From Deltaproteobacteria bacterium (GTDB lineage Bacteria; Desulfobacterota; Dissulfuribacteria; Dissulfuribacterales; QOAL01), in the NCBI GenBank assembly GCA_024275145.1, contig JAJRZR010000111.1:7466-71465 (forward strand): a stretch of 64,000 nucleotides of DNA, written 5' to 3'. Under the pieces are notes generated by a model, which was given only the letters and a program-made list of their open reading frames with translations, was not told the origin of the DNA and did no database searches. A program made the translations under genes and the position numbers. The number at the start of each line of letters is the position of its first letter. Positions within the stretch are counted from its first letter, which is position 1. Positions 9,733 through 18,704 of the stretch are shown here, piece after piece.

Positions 9733-12140
9733 CAGGCTCCGGAGATGATCTGAGCGGATTCTCCATGCTGGATCTGTTCCGTATGGAGGCGGAAAGCCAG
9801 TGCAGCAACCTGACGGGAGGACTGCTCGATCTGGAACGGGATCCCACCTCTCCTGAGATGCTCGAATCCCTCATGCGTGCCGCCCATTCCATAAAGGGTG
9901 CAGCCCGTATAGTAGAGCTTGATCGTGCGGTACAACTGGCCCATGTAATGGAGAATGTCTTCGTGGCGGCACAACAGGGCAAGGTAGCGCTTGGAAGGTC
10001 TCACATCGATCTCCTGCTCAGTGCCGTGGATATGTTCATATCCATGTCCAACGTGACCGAGGAGGAGATGGATGCCTGGTTAGAGAAAAAAGCCAGTGAA
10101 ATCGATAGGTTGGTGGATGCGCTGACAGCTATATCGGAAGGAAGGTCTTTGTCGGCAGATTCGTCACAGGAGCCGGCGGTGGACCAGTCTGTTCCGGAAT
10201 CCGGGGATGGGCATGGAGACGAGGAAACCGACAGCGAGATCAAGGCCGGGGAACAGGTGCATGGGGACAATGACAAGGACTCAAAGGTCGATCCCATAAC
10301 CCGGAAAGATAGGTACCCTGATGTTTCTTCCCACACCGAGGGCGGAAATGCAGGCCCTGGGACAGGCAGACCAACGCTCAAGAAGGCCAATGGAAACGCT
10401 ATAGATAGGGCAGTACGCATATCGGCGGACAGCCTGGACAGGCTGATGGGGCTTTCAGGCGAGGTGCTCATAGAATCTCACTGGCTGCCTGCCTTCAGCG
10501 AGAAGATGCTGCGGTTGAAACATTGCCAGGACGATATGCTCAGGGAACTCGAGAGGTTGAGAGAGGTCATAGAGGTCAATCCAACCAATACACAGCTCAA
10601 GATACATCTTCTTGACGTGCGCAAGAAGGCTGAAAAGTGCCAGATCCTTTTCTCCAATTACCTGGCAGAGATTGAGGATCACGCCTCCAGATCGACCTAT
10701 CATTCCCATTGCCTGTATCAGGAGGTTATTGCAAGCCGGATGCGCCCGTTCTCAGACGGTATTCAAGGATTTCCAAGGATGGTGAGGGATCTTGCACGGG
10801 AACTTGGCAAGGAGGTGCGTTTCGAGATCATAGGCAGTGAAACCCTGGCAGACCGTGACATATTGGAGAAGATCAAGGCCCCGCTTAATCATCTACTCAG
10901 GAACGCTGTTGATCATGGAGTAGAGGCCCCTGAGGAACGAAAGAAGGCCGGTAAGCCGGTGGAGGCATTAATTACCCTGGAGGCCAGTCACAAGTCCGGT
11001 ATGTTGAATATTGTCATCAGCGATGACGGTAGGGGGGTTGATCTTGATGCGCTGCGCCGTTCAGTCGTTGACAAGAATTTGGTTTCCAAGGAGATGGCAG
11101 ATACACTTACCGAGGATGAACTCCTGGAATTTCTCTTCCTTCCCAGCTTTTCTACCCGAAAGAGGGTGAACAAGGTCTCGGGCAGGGGAGTAGGGCTGGA
11201 CGTGGTGCGCAGCATGGTGCAGGAGGTCAGGGGCACGGTGCGTATCTTTTCTGTTCCCGGCAAAGGGGTCCGTTTCGAGCTTCAACTTCCCTTGACCCTA
11301 TCAGTTGTGCGAGCACTCCTTGCGGAGGTTGCCGGTGAACCGTATGCCTTCCCCCTGGCTGCCATCAACTGTGCCATCATGCTGCCAAGTGATGAGATTG
11401 AGGAGCTGGAAGGCCGGCAGTATTTGATACACAACGGCAAGAGAATAGGCCTGGTATATGCCAGGCAGGTCTTTGAAAAGAGGGAGGAGGAGATATCCGA
11501 TAGCCTTGTATCGGTAATACTGCTGAGTGACCGTAACAGCAGTTACGGTCTCCTTGTCGATGGTTTTCTTGGTGTAAAGGAACTGGTGGTACAGACCCTC
11601 AACCTTCATATGGGCAAGGTGCAGGATATAAGTGCCGCTGCAATGCTTGAGAACGGGGCGCCTGTATTGATCGTTGACGTTGAAGACCTTGTACGGACCA
11701 TGGATGGTCTTATCAGCGGCAATACACTCAAAAAACTGGAAAGACATGTGGGACCTGATTCACGTAAGGTCAAACGTATTCTGGTCGTGGACGATTCCAT
11801 CACGGTACGTGAGGTGGAGCGGAAGCTTTTGACCTCAAAAGGATATTCGGTAGATGTGGCCGTGGACGGCATGGATGGTTGGAATGCCGTTCGTAATGGA
11901 CGCTATGACCTGGTTATAACCGACGTGGATATGCCTAGAATGGATGGGATAGAACTGGTCAGCCTGATAAAGGCGGATCCTGGGCTCAACACCGTTCCAG
12001 TAGTGATAGTTTCATATAAAGACCGTGAAGAGGATAGAAACAGGGGGCTTGAGGCAGGGGCAGATTTTTATCTGACCAAGGGGAGCTTTCATGATGAAAG
12101 CTTTGTGGAGGCCGTCAGGGATCTGATAGGAAATCCATAG
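9729..12140 (+). CDS. cheA: Hybrid CheA histidine kinase with a C-terminal receiver domain (WspE-like)
   Basis: Hpt (HSIKGAARIVE), HATPase (NHLLRNAVDHG, DDGRGVD, SGRGVGLDVV), a CheW-like P5 domain and REC (VVDDSITVRE...DLVITDVDMPRMDG). The start overlaps the upstream gene by 4 nt. Confidence 0.9.
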   Translation: MTGSGDDLSGFSMLDLFRMEAESQCSNLTGGLLDLERDPTSPEMLESLMRAAHSIKGAARIVELDRAVQLAHVMENVFVAAQQGKVALGRSHIDLLLSAVDMFISMSNVTEEEMDAWLEKKASEIDRLVDALTAISEGRSLSADSSQEPAVDQSVPESGDGHGDEETDSEIKAGEQVHGDNDKDSKVDPITRKDRYPDVSSHTEGGNAGPGTGRPTLKKANGNAIDRAVRISADSLDRLMGLSGEVLIESHWLPAFSEKMLRLKHCQDDMLRELERLREVIEVNPTNTQLKIHLLDVRKKAEKCQILFSNYLAEIEDHASRSTYHSHCLYQEVIASRMRPFSDGIQGFPRMVRDLARELGKEVRFEIIGSETLADRDILEKIKAPLNHLLRNAVDHGVEAPEERKKAGKPVEALITLEASHKSGMLNIVISDDGRGVDLDALRRSVVDKNLVSKEMADTLTEDELLEFLFLPSFSTRKRVNKVSGRGVGLDVVRSMVQEVRGTVRIFSVPGKGVRFELQLPLTLSVVRALLAEVAGEPYAFPLAAINCAIMLPSDEIEELEGRQYLIHNGKRIGLVYARQVFEKREEEISDSLVSVILLSDRNSSYGLLVDGFLGVKELVVQTLNLHMGKVQDISAAAMLENGAPVLIVDVEDLVRTMDGLISGNTLKKLERHVGPDSRKVKRILVVDDSITVREVERKLLTSKGYSVDVAVDGMDGWNAVRNGRYDLVITDVDMPRMDGIELVSLIKADPGLNTVPVVIVSYKDREEDRNRGLEAGADFYLTKGSFHDESFVEAVRDLIGNP

Positions 12141-12426
12141 GTCGTCGTTTTGGGAACGCATCTACAAGGCAAATTGACGGGAGCATCCCCCGCCATTCCT
12201 GCTTTTCCCCGGGATACACATCTTGCATCCCCTAAAGCCTGCTACCGACCGGGAGTAACAGGGACAGACGTGAGATGCTCTTAAAAATACATCCTGCCCT
12301 TTGGACTTGTTAACAGGTCCTTGGGCAGCGGTGCCAAAAAGGCACGGGGCCGCATGAAGGTTTGGGATAAAGGTTATTGGATAGTCTTTAGGGGCCGTAT
12401 ATCGGCCTGACAATGGAAATCACGCA

Positions 12427-13455
12427 ATGAGAATAGCGATTGTCAACGATTCGGTTATGGCGGTTGAGTGTCTCAAACGTATTCTCCTTACCACTGACAG
12501 GCACCAGATCGCCTGGGTCGCCCAAAATGGTTCAGAGGCGGTGAGTCGTTGTTCCAGCGACAAGCCGGATATCATATTGATGGACCTGCTCATGCCGGTG
12601 ATGGACGGTGTCGAGGCAACTAGGCGGATCATGCAAAACAGCCCCTGTGCCATCCTTATAGTTACAGCAAGTGTCAACGGCAGATCCGGCAAGGTCTTTC
12701 AGGCCATCAGGGCAGGTGCCATGGACGTGGTGAGGACCCCTACCTTTGACATCAATTCACAGGGGAAGGAGGCCGTACAACTTCTGAAGAAGATAGACAC
12801 TATTGGCAGGCTGGTCGCCACAGAAAGGGCAGGTGCGATCGCGTCTGCCAGGGACACGGTCACCGGGAGGAAGGACGAGGAAGGCGTCCTGGTGGTCATC
12901 GGTTCTTCCACCGGAGGACCACAGGCATTGGCAACGGTCTTGTCCTCCTTTCCGAAATCGTTTCCTGCCTCTGTAATCGTTGTTCAGCATGTAGACGAAC
13001 AGTTTGCCCCATCGCTTGCCTCATGGCTCGACAGTCGGACAGCACTGCCGGTTCAGACCATAAAAGAAGGTGACAGGCCTGTCCCAGGGATCATACAGCT
13101 TGCCTGCACGAATGACCATCTCATCATGACACCCGACAGGGCGTTTGCCTATTCTCGGAAGCCGGCGAGAAACGTGTTCCGTCCTTCGGTGGACGTATTT
13201 TTTGAGAGCGTGGCCCGCAATTGGAAAGGCAAGGGCATAGGGGTCCTGTTGACCGGGATGGGCAGGGATGGGGCAAAGGGACTCCTGGCACTGCGTGAGC
13301 GTGGCTGGCATACCATTAGCCAGGATCGGGACAGCAGTGTAATATACGGCATGCCCAAGGCCGCTGCAGAACTCAACGCGGCTGTCAAGGTGTTGCCCCT
13401 TTCAAATATCGGCGCTGCGCTGCTTCAGCGTATAGCGCTCAAGGATGTGGCCTGA
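12427..13455 (+). CDS. cheB: CheB-type protein-glutamate methylesterase with an N-terminal receiver (WspF-like)
   Basis: REC (IAIVNDS...DIILMDLLMPVMDG) followed by an esterase domain (VVIGSSTGGPQAL, VVQHV, LTGMGRDGA). Confidence 0.9.
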   Translation: MRIAIVNDSVMAVECLKRILLTTDRHQIAWVAQNGSEAVSRCSSDKPDIILMDLLMPVMDGVEATRRIMQNSPCAILIVTASVNGRSGKVFQAIRAGAMDVVRTPTFDINSQGKEAVQLLKKIDTIGRLVATERAGAIASARDTVTGRKDEEGVLVVIGSSTGGPQALATVLSSFPKSFPASVIVVQHVDEQFAPSLASWLDSRTALPVQTIKEGDRPVPGIIQLACTNDHLIMTPDRAFAYSRKPARNVFRPSVDVFFESVARNWKGKGIGVLLTGMGRDGAKGLLALRERGWHTISQDRDSSVIYGMPKAAAELNAAVKVLPLSNIGAALLQRIALKDVA

Positions 13456-13457
13456 GG

Positions 13458-14474
13458 ATGGAAGACAAGGCCGTCATGGAAAGAAAAGAGGGCTTTTCAC
13501 TCAAGGCCCATAAGATAGTCGTACTCCTCGTGGATGACCAGCGGCTCATCGCAGAGGCGGTGCGGCGTCTTCTGGCTGAGGCCGATGACATAGAGTTCCA
13601 TTATTGCAGTGATCCCGCCGACGCAATAAAAGAGGTACTCAGGATAAAGCCTACGGTGATCCTGCAGGATCTGGTGATGCCTGAAATCGATGGCCTAAGC
13701 CTAGTCAAATATTACAGAGCCCATCCCGAGATACGCAATATCCCCGTGATCGTCCTTTCGGTAAAGGAAGATCCAAAGATCAAGAGTGAGGCCTTTGCCA
13801 TCGGGGCAAACGACTACCTGGTGAAGCTACCGGACAAGATCGAACTGATCGCCAGGATCAGGTACCATTCGAAGGGCTATATCTACCAGTTGCAAAGGGA
13901 TGAGGCCTTCAAGGCCCTTCAGGAAAGCGAACGGCGTCTGGCCGAAATGAATCAGGTGCTGATGAAGCTTTCCTTTTTAGATGGGCTAACAGGGATATCC
14001 AACAGGAGACGGTTCGATGAGGCCCTCGAGGCAGAATGGAAGCGTGCCATCCGCAATGGTGCGCCGATCTCCCTGATACTGATGGATCTTGATTATTTCA
14101 AGCTTTACAATGATTACTATGGCCATCAAGATGGGGATGAATGCCTCAAGAAGGTTGCAAAGACCCTGGAGTCTTCAATCCAACGTTCCACCGACCTGGT
14201 GAGCCGTTATGGGGGCGAGGAATTTGTCGCCTTGTTGCCTGAAACCAACGCCAAGGGAGCTGTGATGCTTGCAGAGCGTATGCGCCGTAAGGTTCTCGAA
14301 CAAAGGATCCCACATGAAAAATCCAAGGTGAACGACCATGTCACCTTGAGCCTCGGTGTAGCCACTGCCATACCGGAGATCGGCTCAAGCCCTGATACCC
14401 TTTTAAAGGCCGCTGATGATGCCTTGTATAAGGCGAAGCAGGAGGGAAGGAATCGTGTGGGTGTTGCAGAGTGA
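13458..14474 (+). CDS. Response-regulator diguanylate cyclase (REC-GGDEF, WspR-like)
   Basis: REC (VLLVDDQ...ILQDLVMPEIDG), then a GGDEF domain with the active site RYGGEEF. An RxxD I-site (RSTD) lies 5 residues upstream. The gene starts 3 nt after the cheB stop. Confidence 0.9.
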   Translation: MEDKAVMERKEGFSLKAHKIVVLLVDDQRLIAEAVRRLLAEADDIEFHYCSDPADAIKEVLRIKPTVILQDLVMPEIDGLSLVKYYRAHPEIRNIPVIVLSVKEDPKIKSEAFAIGANDYLVKLPDKIELIARIRYHSKGYIYQLQRDEAFKALQESERRLAEMNQVLMKLSFLDGLTGISNRRRFDEALEAEWKRAIRNGAPISLILMDLDYFKLYNDYYGHQDGDECLKKVAKTLESSIQRSTDLVSRYGGEEFVALLPETNAKGAVMLAERMRRKVLEQRIPHEKSKVNDHVTLSLGVATAIPEIGSSPDTLLKAADDALYKAKQEGRNRVGVAE

Positions 14475-14545
14475 GAAAATCCTTGAATCCGTCTCTGTAT
14501 TTTCAAACCTCTCGTGGGCTTCATATGGCGGAGGATGCAGTTGGG

Positions 14546-15283
14546 TTAGTCCCGTGCCTGGTCCACGCATTTCAAGGCCATAGTGAAGAAGATGATACCC
14601 GTTAGGCCCACAAAGAGATAGGGCGAAAGGCCAGGAAGATTTCCAAATGCCGCCTGGCGAATGGCCTTGGATGCATGGGTGAGCGGCAGGATCCAGATAA
14701 TCTGCCCGGCCCAGTGAGGTAGGCGGTCTACAGGGAAAAACGTACCACCCAAAAAGGCCATGGGGGTAATCACGAAACTGGTAAGAAGGCTCTGGTCGGC
14801 ATGTGATTTGACAAGCATGGCCAGGGCGACCGCCAGTGAGGCAAACACAAAGCTGTTCAGCGCCACGGCAAGCCAAAACAGTGGATTCAGACAGTGGAGC
14901 CGTACGCCAAACAGCATGCCCAGGGTGAGTATAACCGTCACCGAAATGAGGGCCCGGCTCATGCCTGCCAAGACTTCACCGGCAACATAGGCTACGTTGC
15001 CTATGGGAGCAGCCTGGAACTCCTCGAATATGTGCCAGTAAAAGCGAGCTACGTTTATATCCGTTGCTATGGCAAAGGATTGGGTCATGCTACTCATGGC
15101 AACAAGGCCTGGTATGAGAAACTCTAGGTAGGTATGTCCCCCGAACCTTACAGACTTGCCCATGGCGTAGCCAAAGGCTATCAGGTAGAGCAGGGGTGAG
15201 ACGGACATGCTCAGGATCAACCGTTTGATCCTGCGTTTCAAAAGGAGCATCTCTCTCAGATAGATCGCTAAAAAACCACTCAA
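14546..15283 (-). CDS. ABC-2 type transporter permease
   Basis: A 245-aa polytopic membrane protein. It overlaps the upstream ATPase gene by 4 nt. Confidence 0.75.
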   Translation of the reverse strand: MSGFLAIYLREMLLLKRRIKRLILSMSVSPLLYLIAFGYAMGKSVRFGGHTYLEFLIPGLVAMSSMTQSFAIATDINVARFYWHIFEEFQAAPIGNVAYVAGEVLAGMSRALISVTVILTLGMLFGVRLHCLNPLFWLAVALNSFVFASLAVALAMLVKSHADQSLLTSFVITPMAFLGGTFFPVDRLPHWAGQIIWILPLTHASKAIRQAAFGNLPGLSPYLFVGLTGIIFFTMALKCVDQARD

Positions 15284-16119
15284 TTCTTTACCTTTTTCCC
15301 TGTAAGTGACAGGAAGGCATCTTCAAGATTTACCCTCCTGAGGGTGTAGCTGCCCCTGTGATTGGCCACGAAGGTATCGGCCTCTTTTCTATCCTTGAAG
15401 TAGACACTCTTCATCTGGCCGTCCTGCATGAGGTCGATGGCCCACTTGCCCGTACGGGCCATGAAGGCAGCGGGAGTGTCCAGTGCAGCTATCTTTCCCT
15501 TGTCTATGAAGGCCACACGGTCGGCAAGAAATTCTGCCTCCTCGATATAGTGAGTAGTAAGGAATATGGTAGTCCCTGAATGCTGTATCTGTTTGATAAG
15601 GCCCCATATTCGCCGTCTGATTCCAGGGTCCAACCCCACGGTGGGCTCGTCGAGAAAGAGGATCTTAGGGGAGTGCATGAGCGCCCTGGCGACCATGAGC
15701 CTTCGTTTCATACCCCCAGATAGTCTCTTGACAATGGTATCCTTCCTGGACATGAGATCTACGTATCCCAGGAGTTCCCTTATTCTTATTCGCCTGAGTG
15801 CCTTCTTCATCCCATACAACCGGCCATGGATGTCCATGTTCTCAAGAAGCGTAAGTTCCTGATCCAGGTTGATGGACTGCATGACAAGGCCGAACTGGCG
15901 TTTTGCGCGTAGGCTATCCCTTTCTATATGAAAGCCGTTCAGCCAGGCATTTCCACCGCTGAGCCTAGTAAGCCCGGTAAGTATACGTATAGTGGTGGTC
16001 TTACCCGCACCGTTTGGTCCAAGATAGGCAAAAAGTTCCCCGGGTTTGACGCAAAAGCTTACCTCATCAAGGGCATGGACGTGGCGGTATGTCTTCTTGA
16101 GCCCCTCTACCCTGATCAA
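15280..16119 (-). CDS. ABC transporter ATP-binding protein (ABC-2/DrrA-like)
   Basis: Walker A GPNGAGKTT, signature LSGGMKRRL and Walker B ILFLDEPT. Confidence 0.9.
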   Translation of the reverse strand: MIRVEGLKKTYRHVHALDEVSFCVKPGELFAYLGPNGAGKTTTIRILTGLTRLSGGNAWLNGFHIERDSLRAKRQFGLVMQSINLDQELTLLENMDIHGRLYGMKKALRRIRIRELLGYVDLMSRKDTIVKRLSGGMKRRLMVARALMHSPKILFLDEPTVGLDPGIRRRIWGLIKQIQHSGTTIFLTTHYIEEAEFLADRVAFIDKGKIAALDTPAAFMARTGKWAIDLMQDGQMKSVYFKDRKEADTFVANHRGSYTLRRVNLEDAFLSLTGKKVKN

Positions 16120-16409
16120 TGTGTAGTACCTGTCACTATGTTATCTGGATGGATCGTTTCGTCTTGTACAGGGTGGTATTGGAGATTGCATGGTGATGGA
16201 ACCTCGTTTACCTGCTCCATGATCTTCATCTTTGTGACCCCTTGCACTTGGATCGTTTCATTGTAATCAATCCTGCGACAAAGTAACAGCCTGGTTTCCA
16301 AGCAATCGCGAGGTAATCGGCTAAACCTTAGTACCCCCTCCGGCCCTGGTTGCAGGTCCTCCTGACATGAAAATACTGTCCTGATAAAGGGTGAAAGTAC
16401 CCATATATT

Positions 16410-18704
16410 CTATTCCGTGACCTCCTCGATTTCCCCCTCGGTTTCGAGATAGGCATCCCTCAGGCGTATCTTCATTTCATCTGACGCATTCCACATGCCA
16501 CGTTCTATGGCCTCGAGCAGTTTATCCAGTATGTTTTCCATGGCATATGGATTCACCCCCTTCATCCACCTTTGCATCTCGGGATCAAGGACGAATTTTT
16601 CAGCAAGCCTTTCATACATCCAGTCCTCTATGACCTGGGCAGTGGCGTCCCAGCCGAGGACCACGTCCATCATCTTGGAGATATCACCTGCCCCCTTGAA
16701 GCCGTGGCGTTTCATTCCTGCAAGCCACTTTGGATTGGCAAGCCTTGAGCGAAGTACATGCCTGGCCTCTTCCAGGGTGCTGCGCATCTTTATGCGTCTG
16801 GGATCGGCACTATCACCTACCATGGCAAGGGGTAGCTCACCACGGACTGAACCTGCTGCGGCGATAAGTCCTCCATAATAGTTATAGAAATCCGTGCAGG
16901 ACATCATGTCGTACTCCCTGGAATCCTCGTTTTTTACGGTTAGCTCCATGCGAGAAAGGAGATTCCGGAACGTAGAAATCTTTTGCGTGCCATAGCTTCC
17001 AGCGCCGTATGCATGGGCGCTGTAACGTATATAGTTGTTGGCCAGGTCTTCCCTGGTTTTCCAGTTCTTGGATTCTATAAGTTCAGCGACCCCTGCGCCG
17101 TAGGTGCCGGGAGGACATCCAAAGACCCTGAAGGTTGCCTCCCTGAGGGCCTCTTCCCTGCCCATTCCCGCCTTGGTGAGGTGCTCGACATCGGCAAGGG
17201 CATTTTTCCTGATCAGATTGCTCTCCAGTGGCTCTTCAAGCGCTGCGGCCATCTTTGCGGCATTGTCCAGGAGTTCAACAAGGTTCGGGAACGAATCCCT
17301 GAAAAACCCGGATATCCTGGCCACGACATCTATCCTGGGCCTTTTGAGCCTGGACAGCGGTATTACCTCCAGGCCGGTTACGTCACCGCTACCTCTGGCC
17401 CAAACCGGTCTCATCCCCATGAGGTAGAGTATCTCTGCGATATCATCCCCCCTGGTTCGCATGGTAGGGCCACCCCAGATGATGATGCCTATGCTTTCCG
17501 GATAGCGTCCATGGGTTTCGGCCAGATGCCTTTCAAGCAGGGCGTTAGCAAGCCTCTTGCCGGTCTCCCATGCGGCCCTGGTTGGGATTTTACCAGGATC
17601 CACCGAGTAAAAATTGCGTCCCGTTGGAAGTATATCCGCCTGGCCCCTGGTTGGAGCGCCTGACGGGCCTGGCGTTACGAAGCTGCCGGAAAGTCCGGCA
17701 AGGATTGCGGAGATCTCGTCTCTTGTCTGCTTGATCCTTGGAACGAGGTCTGAGCGTATGTAATCGAGAACCTTTTCCACCCGGGTGTCCCTTACACCAA
17801 GGTGATTTTCTACGATGTCGTCTCCATTGTATTGGGAGGCAGTATTGGCGATCAGGTCCTTGACAAGGGCAATTGCGGTGGCATGGGCCTCTTCAATAAT
17901 CTCTGCCCCGCTCCTGCCTTTACTGCCTGGCACTACCTTGCCCAGGGCCTCTATGAGGGTGTCATATTCATAGCCCATTGCCCTTAGGACAGCCTCTCTT
18001 AAGGATGGTGTCTGGCCGTTTGGAAGTCGTGTAAGCTGTACCGCATATTCGGTGAGCTCATCCCCCTCAGGTGGAACCCCGAGTATGTGGAGGCCATCAT
18101 TTATCATGGTGTCCGAAAGCTCGGCAAGATACCCATGGAGCCTTTCAAGAAAACCATCAAAATCTGAAAATGCCTCTTCCTCTGTGACATGAAGATCCTT
18201 GTCCAGGTCCGCTTTGGTTGCTGCCTGCCATATCATGGGTCGCAGGATAGGAATCTTGCCAGGGTCCTCCCTCAGGGCATCGGCATATTCCTTCAGCAGG
18301 TTTTCCAGGCTGGCAAGGTCTTCGTAAAGACCCGCTTTGGTAAATACCGGGGTGAGATGATCTATAATACAGCAGAACGAGCGCCGCTTGGCCTGGGTGC
18401 CCTCACTGGGATCGTTTATGATATATGGATAGATATTTGGAAGGTCCATGATCGCAAGATCCGGGTAACAATATCCTGAGAGTCCCAGGGCCTTTCCTGG
18501 AAGCCATTCCAGGGAGCCATGCTTGCCAACGTGTATGAGCGCATCGGCCCCGAAGACCTCCTTGATCCACCTGTAATGGGCCAGGTAGTTGTGGGGAGGG
18601 GAAAGATAGAAGTCGTGGTAGAGTTTCTCTATGTTTTCAAGGTATCCACGCGGCGGCTGGATGGTAATGAAGATGTTTCCATTGATTATGCCTGGAAACA
18701 GCAT
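16410..18704 (-). CDS. cobN: CobN-type (cobaltochelatase/Mg-chelatase H family) large subunit, C-terminal ~785 aa fragment
   Basis: CobN-like sequence throughout. My hand translation upstream of the listed ATG, in the same frame, gives ...YQKKTTEDWGKVPGRLFVHNGKMLFPGIINGNIFITIQPPRG. So the frame is open and CobN-like back to the A7 run at 18758..18764. Confidence 0.85.
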   Translation of the reverse strand: MLFPGIINGNIFITIQPPRGYLENIEKLYHDFYLSPPHNYLAHYRWIKEVFGADALIHVGKHGSLEWLPGKALGLSGYCYPDLAIMDLPNIYPYIINDPSEGTQAKRRSFCCIIDHLTPVFTKAGLYEDLASLENLLKEYADALREDPGKIPILRPMIWQAATKADLDKDLHVTEEEAFSDFDGFLERLHGYLAELSDTMINDGLHILGVPPEGDELTEYAVQLTRLPNGQTPSLREAVLRAMGYEYDTLIEALGKVVPGSKGRSGAEIIEEAHATAIALVKDLIANTASQYNGDDIVENHLGVRDTRVEKVLDYIRSDLVPRIKQTRDEISAILAGLSGSFVTPGPSGAPTRGQADILPTGRNFYSVDPGKIPTRAAWETGKRLANALLERHLAETHGRYPESIGIIIWGGPTMRTRGDDIAEILYLMGMRPVWARGSGDVTGLEVIPLSRLKRPRIDVVARISGFFRDSFPNLVELLDNAAKMAAALEEPLESNLIRKNALADVEHLTKAGMGREEALREATFRVFGCPPGTYGAGVAELIESKNWKTREDLANNYIRYSAHAYGAGSYGTQKISTFRNLLSRMELTVKNEDSREYDMMSCTDFYNYYGGLIAAAGSVRGELPLAMVGDSADPRRIKMRSTLEEARHVLRSRLANPKWLAGMKRHGFKGAGDISKMMDVVLGWDATAQVIEDWMYERLAEKFVLDPEMQRWMKGVNPYAMENILDKLLEAIERGMWNASDEMKIRLRDAYLETEGEIEEVTE

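Noticed and set aside
12162-12413. An 83-aa minus-strand ORF filling the cheA-cheB spacer.
   Set aside because: It runs antisense to the operon direction, has no RBS or recognisable motif, and its composition looks non-coding. The region is kept as an unexplained spacer instead.
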